Shown here one piece after another: positions 1 to 13,649 of a stretch of DNA of 64,000 nt. Every line of letters begins with the position of its first letter. Position 1 is the first letter of the stretch. The stretch spans positions 576,001 through 640,000 of the forward strand of contig CBDBCZ010000018.1 of NCBI GenBank assembly GCA_965203295.1, written 5' to 3'. This DNA is from Nitrospirales bacterium (lineage in GTDB: Bacteria > Nitrospirota > Nitrospiria > Nitrospirales > UBA8639). The notes under the pieces are model-generated. The model ran no database searches and was not told the origin of the DNA. It worked only from the letters and a program-made list of their open reading frames with translations. Position numbers and translations under genes: made by a program.

Positions 1-365
1 TAAAATGGTTAACCAACCCTAACTCAGCACTCGAGTGACCATGGCTGAAGGCAGTGGCAAGTTGCTTCTGAGTAGCGATGATGTGAGATCAGTGTCACTA
101 GTGCATGCAAGTACATGTGAACTGTACACAGTGTGATGCATAATGGATATGAGGCTGCTTGTGCTGCCAAAATCTGAACTCTTGTCGGCAAAAAAATCCC
201 CTAGTTTTTGGGACCTTTTTTGCTAACCTGCCAAAACAACCAACCAACTTGGTGGGTGTGCGTCGTACCTTTTTTCAAGTATGGCCCCCCGGGCTGGATA
301 ACTTAAAGCCCAAGAAAAATATCATCATAGCAAAGTTGTATTTACATGTGTACGCCTCTACTTAC

Positions 366-3300
366 AAGGTCTTTCTCCCTTCTTGTTGTACTGTTGTCAC
401 CGTTGTCACCGTTTCCAAGGCAACCTGTACACCACAAAAAATACTAACCAAATTAAAAGTGCTTGGTGATACCAAATGGTAGACAGTGGTAGACTTAGTA
501 TACTATTTGAATGGCAACAGTGTCTTGAACCACCTTCTTTAGCCTTATGCAGAAACAACCAGAAATGATAGTACAGGAGTTAAAAGTCTGGTAATAGCTA
601 CTTTAGCATCTATGCTTACAATTTGTATATGTAATAGCATGGGTTGCTGTGCAATTTGGGATGAATTGCACAAGTAATGCAACCAGGAAGGAATCAATTG
701 CACGAGGCGAAGCCGAGTGCTATTTACCTTTCTGGCTGCATTACGAGTGCAATTCATCACAAAATTGCACAGCAACCCATGCTGTTACAAATTAATCATC
801 ATAGCACTATTTGCTTTTCACATTAGTGTCAAGGCATATGCATATAGTCAGAGTCACTGTCAACAATAATTGCATGAGATTGCTTTCTGTGTTGTACATT
901 GGTATAACGTTTTGTAGACGTGCAGTACTAGTGTTTGGTCAAAAAAAGACATTACAACTGACACATAGGCCTACTGCGGTCACGCGAGACTATAATACTG
1001 TGGCTGAGCGAAGGGTGTAGAAGGTTAAGGGGGCAGATACTGTGGAACAGGCATGCAAAAGGAGGCTGAGAGTGCAGTACAGAAGTGGAATGATGCTGAG
1101 GAATTACAGTAAAATAAAAGGCGAAGCGATTCGTTTTCTGCAGAGGCAGTGTCGTGGGTGGAGCTGGGTGAGGGCGGGGCAATGGGAGGGTCAACCGTGG
1201 CTTGAAGTTGAACGGAAGCGAACCAACAATACGATCGAAATTTTGATCGGAATTGTCGCTACTTGCAAGGAACTCGAGAATAGACGGAGAGAAAAACTCA
1301 CTTAGAGAAGCTTTAGCCATGCTAGAAACTGCTATAGCGCTCCCTGGTAACCACATTTTGCACAGCTAGTTACCTCGAGGCACGCTAGCCGTGCAAAAAA
1401 GTGAAATCCGTTTTCTATTGGTCAGTAACCGTGCAATTTCAAAACCAAATGCATTCTTGTCTATGTGTCTATAGTACAGTGACTACGACGCCTATATGAT
1501 TAGACATCAAAATCAAAATTCATAAAAGTTTAATGATCAGAACAGCAGTTTAGCTGCAGCTTATTATTATAATGGCGATTATGGTGGTTTGGTAGCAAGA
1601 CTTGGTATATGAATCTGTGTACTCCGCTCTCTTTTGGATAGTCAACTTCTAGCAAGAGTGCCATTGCATATACAGTATATGCTAACTATTTTGAGAATAA
1701 GCCAGCAATCATCACATACCGTGGTTTGAACACGGGGATATGTCCACTGGCACTGTGCGCAACAGAAGGCACAATTCTATTATTGAAATAACAACTATCA
1801 TGCATCGGTAAGTAGATTGACCTCCAGGAAAGTGAAGCTGTTTTTGTCAATGCACACACAGCATGCTGCCTTGAAATTAAAGTACATTAAATGTCGGAGA
1901 TCTAAACAAGTCTATCATACTGTATATAAAAAAAGCTATATTGTAACTGGAGATCTTACAAGCTCCGCCTGTGTATGTGGGTGTGTGGTAAGCACTACAG
2001 TGACATGAGTACATTATTAAGAAGCTCCTAAGTTAGTAGGGTTATTAGGATTTGAGGGTGGAAGGTATAATTATGGGGTCTGTATCCATCTAAAGTTTAG
2101 GTGCGCTTGTGCATAATTTTATTGGTAAATGCTTACCAGGCAGATCAAGCTCCAGAAGGTCAAAACAAATAACGAACATCACAAATCCACTTCCACGAGT
2201 CCTTTCACCCGTACGAAATGTAACAGTGAAGGTACCTGACAGGGTAAAAAGATTAACTACAATGTCATGTGTATGCAAGAGTCAATAATCTGATGGATTG
2301 GAGTTGACTGGAATGATAAGTGATCAGGTAGACTTCAAGTATTAGTTATATCACCCTCACAAGTGATGTTGCAGATTTATAAGCCCGACACCCAAGGGCG
2401 TGTAGCGCCCGAGGGGGAGGGCTTATAAACTGCAACAGGTGATATAACAGATTTATAGCCCCTTGCTAGGTGATTGCCTTTGAAGTTTATATAGGCACTC
2501 TTCACACCTGATATAGGCACTCTTCATACCTGATATAGGCACTCTTCACACCGGATATAGCTGATTCAGCTCTTCTGGGGGTATGTTGCTCATTTATAGG
2601 GCCTCTATAAACTTAGCAACCACCTAGCAACGGGCTACAGGTGCATACTATAATATATACGGCAAAAGAGAGTATACAATGAATGGAAAGGAACAACAGA
2701 TTGCTAGATCAAATTACTGTGACTCCTACTACTGGTTGAGAGTCAAATAATAATAGCACATGTGGACAGTACTTGGTTTCTCTTGAAACTAAAACCCCAA
2801 TATCACCATAGATTGGGTTCACTCGTAAAACCATCTGTCTGTGACTGTTTTCAAATGTTTCGTTTTGTCACTTTCAGCAGACGGGAAGTATAGTGTTATT
2901 GGTTGACGTCCAAAGTTGGGAAAAAAAAATGTTTTTAAGTTTCATTGGTGTAGGGTGACGATGAATTTTTTCTTGTACCTCAAAGTTTGCTGATCTACAG
3001 TATATTCGTATTGTGTACTCTTGTATTCAGACTATGGATGCTTGCTACTATTGTAGAAATAGTTGTTGAAGTACACAACAATACAGTCACCCAGCATTTA
3101 ACCATAGAGATCCTAAAACAACCTAATATGCATCATAACTGCCAGTAGTTATGTTACGTGAGAAAGCTAACTGTTGACTTTGCACTTAGCCTATGCCATG
3201 CCCAGTGCAAGTTGGCTTCTCTGCTGACTCAGCTACAGATGTATATTTCTTTAGCCACTCTTCAGTGAGTGTGCTTGTAGCTCATTTATTCACCCCAATA

Positions 3301-6300
3301 AAGTTAGCAGCACCTAGCAATGACATATTATAAATTTTTCTATGATATGTAGCACGAGGCAAAGTGATGAAGTGAAGAATAAATGTTACACTACATACTT
3401 ATTCCATGCTTTTCCACTAACCTTCCTGCAACTGGAACAAGTTATCCTGTGTCTCATTACCACAAATCTCTGTTGTGCCAAAGCCAGGGCTTTCCACTTC
3501 AATGTAATCTGTGCACCTGGAAATGGAGTAAAGCTATGTGAATGTTTGTTCGCTTAGTCCTTTCTCCTCCAATGGCACAACATAATTATCAATCACAAAG
3601 TACTTGAATTTCTTGTTTTCTACTGTCTCATTTTGGTGGCAATTGGTGGCTACGTGGACCTGCCTTTCTCCTTATTTTCTATTTTGACTGTTTGCTGCAA
3701 CCGAGTGTACCACACTATAAACCTATATTAAACTTACCATGGTAAAGCAAATTCTACACAGAGTGAAAACATCCAAATAGCTGTACAGTACTGGTACATT
3801 ACACCTCAACATGAATGCAAATAACTACCCTTTTTTCAGGTAGAAAGATGCTACGTATAAGTTTGTCCATGTATACAAAGTACTTATCCAAAGTACTTAA
3901 AGCTTGGCTCCACCTACTGCAGGTGCAACCAATGCAGTCTGTAACAGAATCAATCTCAGATGGTTGGTTAAAAGGTTCTGGTCATGGTGTTCACAATTCT
4001 TCAAAGTATAATGCATACATGTACATTGTTAAAAGGTACAAAGTGTTAATGTATGCATACCTGCCAAAGCAGTCAGCTTCCTGTAAGTCTAGGTGAATGG
4101 TGTTGTAGAAGGCAAGTCTACCCGTGGGACACTGGACATTGTAGGTGACTAGCAAGGCATTGGCATAGCTGAGGAAGAGAACACAGGAGATTAACACACA
4201 AACTCTTGAAGTCACAAATAAACCTAGCGTGTTCATATAAAAATCCACAGTTAGTTTTAAAAACCTTGCATGTATTATCCGACTACCTTTGCATCAAAGA
4301 TGTATAGGTTAACACAACTTCCATCTGAAAAAGGTTTCAAGTCACTTGTACAATGTGCTCTACAGTTCTTAATCACTAGCAAATCCAAATTAAAAGATAA
4401 TCTGGAGTTGATTGGGTGTGACAAACAATTTTAACATCTCTGAGGGAAACTTAGCACTGTGACCAACCCAAATTTCATGGAGTAAAGCCACATGGCTTTC
4501 ACTAATATTGTCATTCTTTTTGTAAAGGCACAGTTACCTTTTATCAGCTAGGTGTACGTAAAAGTGTGTGAATGGCTAGTCTTATTATAGGCCAGCCCCA
4601 GTTGCTTATGGAAGAACGAAGAGATTGGCAATGCTGCTTTAAAAATTTATGGCATTGCTCGATCGTGCCATCAGTCTCCAGCGCTCATATCTCCATAGAT
4701 AATTTCTATGATATCTCAGCATACTGTACAGCTACACAAACTGTACTAACCCGAAAGCTGTAGGTACTAGCTGAGCCTCTTTTGATCAAACTACATGACA
4801 ATTTTGTCGACAACTGATCTTTGGTTTGCAATGACTTTGAAGATGTCAACCATGAAGTAGTCACAGAGATGTCACTTTGAACACGTCCTTTGCCACCGGG
4901 GAGGGTGAAACAAACTATATATAAATGCTATAGCTGAAATTGTTGAACGCATAGCATGAAATATTGGCCTCGCTGCACTGGTCCAGGACAATAATACATC
5001 AAACATTGCTATGCCTATTACCAGCTTTGTAGGCCAAGCTACAGCAAGCGAGCATAGTTTGTAAAAATTTGTTAGTGGCCACAACAGTTCTGCTGTGGTA
5101 ACGTACAGCTGCTAACAGGAAGTACACTACAAAACTGGCGAGTCAGCATTTTTGCTGCACTACATTATTTTGGTTGTTTATCTGGTGCTGTAGGATACAC
5201 ATTATACATAGGTTTATGGTTGCAGTATCTTAAACTGACCTCTTTCTGCTATTTGATGTTTCACTTTAACTATGGGCGAATCACGGTCACATGTTCTATA
5301 ATCATATGGTATACATATTCTTCATTACTTAGTTATCCCACCATTACTTTGGGGCCATCAGCTAAGCATGAGAAATTACACAAACACGTGCATACACAAA
5401 CACACATACACAAACTCACTTTTCTTCCAAAAAGAAACCCGGAGAAAATAGTACACGAAGATTCGGATTTCCCAGATCGTTGATTGGGTTGTATGAAGCC
5501 GGGAACCTCCTTTGATCTCTGTAGAAGCACTCTAGGGATCCAGAAGCTCCTCGACCAATTCTAGTGCGGTATATTCCCTGCTCACTGCAAAGAAATAATA
5601 ATTCAATAAAGAGAACTAACATGACACAAATATAAGTTAAGTGTGCTGAAACAATAATGTGTTTCTTTTGTTTTTGAAGGTAGCTAATGGCACTTTGTTA
5701 TATCAGGATTGGTAGAAATGATAATATTAAATTTAGTGGAGCTATAGCATGATATGAACTGTAGGGAATATTGTGCTGGGAACAGTGGTACTATTATTGG
5801 TGTGTTAGGTTACAGTGTATGGATTCCAATACACTACACAGGATAGTTCTGCAATCTAAAAGCAATATATTTTGATCATTATTATGTTCATAGTCTTCAT
5901 CCAGGTGAGTGCATGAACGAAGGGAACGAATAACTGAGGCACACATTCGATATTGATAATCGTATATGCTGTAGATTACTTTTTAACTTCGCTATGAATG
6001 TATCGATCCCAATCATAACCAGACTATTTCTGCCATATACACCTCAGTGCTAACTAATACTTTGCTACATGATCACTGTATGGCAGTGCATGGTCTGACT
6101 CACTACAATAAGCTCAATGAGTTATGTACTCTTTCAAATGTCACATAACAAGCCTGCACAGTGTGTTCTGCTCACAGATACAAGTGTGAAGGGGCTGTGC
6201 GTGCACATAAATTTACAGAAAAGAGTTTCTGTGAATGACGTCAGCCACGTCGTGTGGAGCAGTGTACATGTACAGTAAGTGGATGAAATAGAAATTCTGC

Positions 6301-9300
6301 CCTCCTCCAACTAAAGATGCCAGTTTAAATATTATAGCAATAAGGCCTATATCCTTTGATTCACTAAAATTATGGCGTATGTCTTACTATTAAAAATCTG
6401 AAGCGCTTCCCTTTCAGTAGTGGCTCTATTTTTAAGCGCATGTCTGGTCTTTCAGAGATAAATGGGATCAAAAGAACCAAACTAACAATCATTTTCTAGG
6501 AAAAAGCTCGCAAGCACTTGTAATTCGCTAACTATTCTAGTGGACAGTGGTAGGATGATGGATGGATAATATTTCGTCATAGTATCCACTAGTTTCCAAA
6601 TCACATGAAATTCTGTCAGAAAAAAGCCTGTGAATAACAGGCTTTATATTCACCTCCCGTAAGAGTCTGGGCATGTGGCTAAACTGTGACTGACTTATAT
6701 ACCTCGGACCATGAGGAGATTGTTCACTAGAGGTTCCGGCTTACTTTGCACCAGGTGGTCTAGCATTTGGCAGGCATGGGAAATCATCCACTCGGCTGAA
6801 GCGGCAGCGAACTGAAGGTCGCTGTGAGTCTGCAACCCTGCGAAGTAATATGTACAACACCTGACCATTACAATATGCCATATGAAAAACACATGGGAAG
6901 TCCAAGGTATATACAAAGTGAACATTATTCCAACACACAATCGGTGCCACTCTGTACAGCGCTTGTGTATTCAAGTGGTGGGCATGACTAATTGTTGCTG
7001 ACACGGACTACGCAAGCATGTGTCCAGAGCCGGCCCCTGTCGTATTCTAGTGTATTAAAGAATGACAAAATGTAGCGTTGTTAAATAAGAAAGAGCTGGA
7101 GATCGAATGAATGGAAGCGCTTTGGTGACTATACACTCACACATTTTTTTCAAAGTAAAATGTCGTTTTAGCAATTGCTTAACCCTGTAAATCGCGGGTT
7201 TGACCAGTTTTGAATGGACAGACAACAGAGAGATAGACAGACACACGGAAAGAACTAATTGCTTAACTCCACCGCATAAGTGTGGGGTAAATAATATTAT
7301 CAATTTTTGTACATTCTGGCCATAATAAATACAGCTTAAGCTCAGCTGAGAGGGAAGATTGTAGCCTCAATTCCAGGCTCTCAATTCCATGTTTTTTTAT
7401 ACACCTACCCTTTTATAGGGTCCCAAATCCAGCTGTTTTACGTAACACGACACTTTATAACACATCAATAATGGAAGTTAGCACATGTCGTTGTTCCCAT
7501 AAAGATAATACCCAAATAAAGAACTTTAAAAGTAAATGTATAGCTTACTATCAGACTACTCTTAGCTTCAGATCTTATATCACACGGGAATGAGGTTCTC
7601 ATCTCCATGTACTCTCTCAGTATATCCAGCTACAGCTTAAATTGTATGTTTATAACTTATTACCACAGCTACTCGACCTGCTCTTTTAACACTACACTAC
7701 TGGAATGGCCACACTTGTGCTGGATAGAACCCCCACAAAAAAAAACAATAAAAAAAACAACACAACACTAAAACAAGGCACTCACCAGTCCCCTAACTAT
7801 ATGTCACTACAATCACAGAATGGTTACAGAAGTTCACAACACACATGAGCTTCTCAAATGTTATCATTCGACTACTAGCTGTTATTTTGCAATACACAGG
7901 GCAGCAATAACAGTTATTACTAACCCTGTTTTCCACAAGATAAACTATAGCAGATAACAGTAAGCAGTACAATAAGACTACTACAGTACTACAGCCAGAC
8001 TGCTTCCAGGTTTACCACAGCAGATGGTCATACAACTGCTATACAAAGGTTTCCTGAAACAGCTGTTTACCTTTCCAAGAACTGGGTGTGTGAATGACTT
8101 GGTATTTGCAGTCACAAACACTCTCAGACTATGGTATGCATAACAAGATCAGAAGTTAATGAGGGCAATAAAATTAAGACACCTCATAATAAACTATAAT
8201 TATTTCATAGAGAAATTGAAAGCTGGGAACCGTATAGTTTACGCTCTAGTTAGTGATCTCAAACAGGTGGTATATCTTAGCTGTTTGCGTGGGATGCACC
8301 GATAATTTCCAAGGGCAAAGCCCAACAAACTTAGCATCCTTCACTTCTCTAAAACAGCTAGGAGAGCTATATATCTGCCTGAGAGCACTAACCTTATAGA
8401 GTAGCCTAAACATTGCCTACTACACCACTTGCCGCATCACTATCCTTGCTTGCCATGCTAGAAAAATGCAGGCAACCGTTCTCTCCATGCATTATTAAGA
8501 TCCACACCCAAAGTATATATATTCTGTCACCCCAGATGAGATGGCTAAAAAGAGAGAAAAGGTGCAAGCATGGTGTTCTGAAAACGTATAGTCATTCGTA
8601 TGTATTTTTTGAGACCTCATCTCTCATGTACTCTCTTTTGAAGTTTTCGGTAATTGTATAACTACATAATATATGTACTTTAAGCATGTTCTGTAACTAT
8701 CACAGTCAATATATAGACCTAACATTTGAAGAACAGCCTCATAATATGCTGCTTGTTGCAAGAATAATAGTGGCAACCTCTGTTGTTACAAAGCATATTT
8801 TGTGGGCATCAGATAAGTTGCTTAGCAGATGTTCACAGAGTATCCTGGAAGCCAACCTTCATGGTTCTATATATGTAGCTAACTGGAATCCTGTTGTGCA
8901 GGCAAGGAAGTTTTCTGTAGACAATCTCATGTACAATCACACGCCGATCAAAACTAATTTAAAACTCTAAAACACCATCTGCTCATTGACCAAGTGGTAG
9001 CTACTTAAAAGATTATTTTAGGTGGGCTGTATAGGGGTTTGGGCTTGGCCTTGTCAGTTAGTTTCCTGAGCCATGCGGACAGCATTCCTGATAGCATGTC
9101 ACAAAATTAATGTGTTGTTACAACTGATCAGCCCTACAAGCAATCAATTCATCAACGTTACATTTGAAAAACTTACGTAGGCTTAACACACAGAATGACA
9201 AGACATTATACTAATACACAATCATGCAGTGAACCATGCATAACTGAATTTGATTGCTATTTGAATGTGCATCAAACTGTAACAATTATGCTCGGGGCAA

Positions 9301-10408
9301 GTCCAGGTGCATTACATGACAAAACGTTGCTCAACCTGCATGCACTTCACAAAGAATCATAGGACAGACTACACGTACAGCTATGACCAACATGCCATTA
9401 CAATAAAAAATTATGCTCCAAACCCTAGTATACTTCATATTACCCACACTAACTACTTCACACTCTCACAGCTGTATGGTAAACAACTCGAGACACCAAC
9501 AAGTATCATCTATTATGCAAAATAGTAGCAATCTTACTTGAGTAGGTAGAAAATGAACATTATACTGATGTGCAATCCGGCTGTGTCTTTGTTTTGAAGT
9601 GTTAATATTAGACCTAACCTCCACTAAGTAGGGGTTAAATACGTTATGTAAATTTTGCACTTGTTGACGCAACTAGCTATGCAATGTGTTTGAGGCCCTG
9701 CCTTGTGCAAGTTGTGAAATATCACCTTTCGAAAGCAAAAACATAATATGAAACTTATAAATGCAAATTTTATACACAAGAACACCTCACAATAGCTATA
9801 CATTGCCACTTCCAATCACTACAAACTTTGTGCAGAAAAAAAGCTGTCAATTACAATACCCTTACGTAGAGAATTGGATTGGCATTGGTGATGTAACTAA
9901 ATACATGTTTTCTTGTACTTCACAACACCCGAATGTCTCTGCATTCACTGGGACACCTTCCAATCCCAATAAACCACTCAGCACTGTCTAATCCACCACG
10001 GTAATCACTGGAGTTTACTAGCATTAGGAGTTTGCACTAATACCTCCAGTAAATTTACAGGGGAGTTCGGCAATGATTGTATGACTGAGTATAGCTAGGT
10101 AAATAGGACAGCTATATTCATAGTCGTTTTCAGCTTTACAAAACTGGATATACACTCCAGTGTCCAAATTACCACCTAGGTTAAAATTGCGTTAGAATAA
10201 CCTTGCTTTACCTGGCATCGCTATATATGACAAGAAGCCTTCACCTATAATATGTCTCTATCCATAATATTAGTTAATACACACACTCAGAACTGCATAC
10301 ACCTCATGAGACTCATCAACAAAACAAATGTAAATAACTGCAATCTTACCTGAGCATCCAGGCACAGCAAACAGCTGCAGTGCAAAATATGGAGACCTTA
10401 AACTCCAT
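366..10408 (-). CDS. Secreted CUB-domain protein, paralog 1 (3' end probably continues beyond window start)
   Basis: Phase-compatible GT-AG exons 10408-10350, 10220-10212, 5584-5420, 4168-4061, 3516-3422, 2235-2137, 424-366 translate to MEFKVSIFCTAAVCCAWMLSDASEQGIYRTRIGRGASGSLECFYRDQRRFPASYNPINDLGNPNLRVLFSPGFFLEENYANALLVTYNVQCPTGRLAFYNTIHLDLQEADCFGRCTDYIEVESPGFGTTEICGNETQDNLFQLQEGTFTVTFRTGERTRGSGFVMFVICFDLLELDLPGCLGNGDNGDNSTTRREKDL. This is a signal peptide plus CUB motifs (SPGF, YxN, CP, DLQ-C, DYIEV, CG, VTFRT, GF). The same exon set is present in paralog 2. Confidence 0.85.
630..789. mobile_element. Long imperfect palindrome with central CACGAGGCGAAGCCGAGTG, at the edge of a ~0.88-kb insertion (~626-1502) specific to paralog 1
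   Basis: Arms TAATAGCATGGGTTGCTGTGCAATTT and AAATTGCACAGCAACCCATGCTGTTA; the block is absent at the equivalent position in paralog 2 (~20822). Confidence 0.65.
2345..2638. mobile_element. Palindromic non-autonomous element inserted in an intron of paralog 1
   Basis: Hairpin TTGCAG..TTATAAGCCC / GGGCTTATAAACTGCAA, plus inverted pair TAGCCCCTTGCTAGGTGATTGC / GCAACCACCTAGCAACGGGCTA; absent from paralog 2. Confidence 0.6.
7020..7292 (+). mobile_element. Possible Helentron/DINE-like non-autonomous element fragment
   Basis: GACA-type microsatellite followed by TTGCTTAAC and a short terminal hairpin ending GGGGTAA; architecture only. Confidence 0.35.
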
Positions 10409-10446
10409 CTCCTGCGAATTTCTTTGAACAGGCTATAAGTTCTAGT

Positions 10447-10456
10447 CTATTTATAG
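10447..10456 (-). promoter_or_regulatory. TATA box of CUB paralog 1
   Basis: CTATAAATAG on the minus strand about 40 bp upstream of the ATG; identical in paralog 2. Confidence 0.65.
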
Positions 10457-11514
10457 TAAATTATGCAGCCTCTTAGAATCCTCTAGAATGTCTAGCGTGG
10501 GATGCATACAGGATATTGCTGGATGGGATGTAACCCAAAGGAATCTGCAAACCTAGTGAAATCGTGTACAACAGGATATTGCCTAATATGGAATAACCTA
10601 CAGAGTTGAATTTACTACAGGGCTGCATGGGAATACAACCAGGGTGTGTTTTCCAATATTAATTAAGTATCCTATTTGGAGCCTCAAAAACAAATGGGCT
10701 GGAAATAGGTACATTGGTAATGTGAGGCTTGGGGTTAAAGATAGACATCTTGAAGTATAAACGAGGCTGGAAATGGGTAGATTGGTAATGTGAGGCCCGG
10801 AGTAAGATGGACACAGGACAGCCTGGAATGCAACCAGGTGTGTGTTTTCCGATGTTAATTAAGCATTCTAATACGGAGCCTCATCAAAGTATTGGGCTAG
10901 GAAGTTCTAATTTTCAAGTAGAGGCAGTGGTATTAGGAACACCCAATTAGGACAGTTAGAGAACAACAGCTGTAATACCGCTTTTGATTTGTATGGGATC
11001 ATGCAACAAACCAGTGAAACACTCCTTTAGGCACACTACCACACTCAATATTGTAGTAGTATGCATCATGAAGTGAATTTAAGCTCCGCCTACATTACAC
11101 CTGACCCTGCCTCTGCTTTTACAAGCTGTACAGCAGAGTCAGTGTCAGGCTTTCCTTAGCATGCTTGCCCCAATTCTACAACTTCCTGGATGTGATAACT
11201 AATGCAGTACTGCTCAAAGAAAGACCAAAAAATCAGCTTATTTAACATCGGTACATTCTGCCATTTTTAATTATGTTAACACAACTAGAAAAAGAGGGCC
11301 CGGGCATGTACAGGGTTTGGACACATATTTATTGTAACACATACGTAGTTTGCTTTGACTGCAATCGGTCACGCCCACTGCTTGGATACGTGAGCGTTGT
11401 ACACATGATCAGACATAATTCCTCAACATCCACACTGTTAAAATTCAATTGCCGTGACTAGTGGGATGTTGTTTGAGTTTCAACATGCATGGATAATTGC
11501 AGCACCATTATTTT

Positions 11515-12436
11515 TATCTGAGTCTTCCTCTGCCTCCTCTACATAAATTCACCTTAGTGATGCTCTTTACTCATTTGTATTGGTAAATGCTTTCACATTC
11601 TTGACCCACACCATTCAATCTGTATCCATGTTTGTGGTGTGTTGAAACTCAAACAGCAACCCACTAGAGATGACATGTTTATTTTAGCTGTGCGTGCACT
11701 TCAGTGCACCTGCAAGGCAGTTTACTGTAGGTATTAAATTCTGGTTGTCAAAGTACTTGTCGTGAGAAGCTTAACAGATCATTCTGAGCATCAGCTTTTG
11801 CTGGGGTGTGAACCGAAAAGTACCAAGTAGATGACTTGATCGCACAGAAGAAGTCAACAGGAGGCTAGCAATTTTCCTACCCTTAGTCCCAGGCACTCAT
11901 TTAGCTTTCATATTAAGATTCTTGGAACCAATGCTACAATCTTCTCTCTCAGCTGAGTTTAAGCTGAGAAAGAGTTTATTTTTCTGTGAGTCTTCCTCTG
12001 CCTCCTCTACATAAATTCACCTTAGTGATGCTCTTTAATCATCTGTATTGGTAAATGCTTTTACATTCTTGACCCACACCATTCAATCTGTATCCATGTT
12101 TGTGGTGTGTTGAAACTCAAACAGCAACCCACTAGAGATGACGTGTTTATTTTAGCTGTGCGTGCACTTCAGTGCACCTGCAAGGCAGTTTACTGTAGGT
12201 ATTGGATTCTCGTTGTCAAAGTACTTGCTGTGAGAAGCTTAACAGATCATTCTGAGCATCAGCTTTTGCTGGGGTGTGAACTGAAAAGTACCAAGTAGAT
12301 GACTTGATCATGCACACAGAAGAAGTCAACAGAATACTAGCAATTTTCCTACCCTTAGTCTCAGGCACTCATTTAGCTTTCATATTAAGATTATAGGGAC
12401 CAATGCTACAATGTTCTCTCTCAGCTGAGTTTAAGC
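11515..12436 (+). repeat. Tandem duplication, two ~470-bp units
   Basis: GAGTCTTCCTCTGCCTCCTCTACATAAATTCACC...CAGCTGAGTTTAAGC occurs at ~11520-11964 and ~11988-12436. Confidence 0.9.
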
Positions 12437-12547
12437 AGTGGTGGCATCATTGTTATGGCACTATTATAGACCTACTGCTGCCTGAATGTACAAAATTTAT
12501 GTTGATATTTGCCACACACTTATGTCAGGTTATTAAGTGATTGGTGC

Positions 12548-12742
<195 letters not shown>

Positions 12743-13124
12743 ATACCGGTTAGTTACCAAGTGATTCCTTTTGCTGCATCTCCAGCTATAGTACTACATT
12801 ACTGGAATAGCCATAGTTTCTAAATAGAGTCACCCAAAAAACATTATAATTAATTAAATTACCATGTTGCCATTTGGCTACACTAGCAAAAAGTTTGCAA
12901 GAAATTACCAAGTTGCCACTTGGCAACATGTGCACAAGATCTTTAACAAGGGGTAATGCCACACTATACCATAACAGATTAGCTACCATGCCTACATATT
13001 AATTTTGGACATCTTCAAAACAGGCATTCACCAGACTGGTTAAGGCATTTCACATGACCTTGTCACATGTTATCACTGTACTACCAGCTACTGTGATTTA
13101 TCTTGAAACGCATAGGGCAGCAAT

Positions 13125-13205
13125 ACCGTATAGCCGGAAAATTGGGCCAGGACCTTAATTTGGCTGTTTGGCGAATCGTAAAAAATCACCAAATTAAAAT
13201 TAATT
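13125..13205 (+). mobile_element. Terminus of a TA-CCGTA-type MITE (Tc1/mariner-like, truncated)
   Basis: TACCGTATAGCCGGAAAATT...AATTTGGCTGTTTGGCGAAT...CACCAAATTAAAAT; partner end not found. Confidence 0.45.
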
Positions 13206-13649
13206 CTCACGCATTGTGTAATACTTGACACCCACGCGCGCATGCAGCTACGAGAAAGAAGGTTCCCCCTCTACGTACGTGTTTCCTCTCTGTCCTGGAA
13301 GGATACCGAACTTGCGAACAAAGCTGTAAAGCGCTCTCGATCTGGAGACTGGAAGCCTGTTACACAGTCACCTCGAGGCAAGTATATTAAACACTAGTCT
13401 TACACGCCAGAAGGGCACGAATTGGAAAGTATGCCGCTGACAACGGAGCGACAAAGGCCGCTACACTCTTTAACTTCTGGATAGTAAGATCAGCGAGTCC
13501 AACGCCTCCATTCTCGGCAGCGTGGGGATATTCTCCATGTACCGTACCTGGGATTACATCATTGGTTACATCATATACCATACACAAGATGATATCATTG
13601 CTTACGTCTTTGAATAGCGCATGCGTGCATGCATTAGCAATTATAATAC

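Larger units (their letters stand above)
1..11150 (+). repeat. Segmental duplication unit; counterpart at ~20195-26560
   Basis: Collinear high-identity blocks covering exons, introns and upstream region, interrupted by copy-specific insertions. Confidence 0.9.

Noticed and set aside
159..482. 107-aa plus-strand ORF conserved at 20343-20678
   Set aside because: It is antisense to CUB exon 7 plus repeat sequence; the conservation reflects the segmental duplication.
4538..5126. Candidate 20-nt (5126-5107) and 10-nt (4547-4538) micro-exons that together keep frame in both CUB paralogs
   Set aside because: Direct splicing already gives normal CUB spacing (FLEENYAN), the 10-nt donor in paralog 2 is weak, and intron identity is too high for conservation to be informative. 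Cannot be fully excluded without RNA data.
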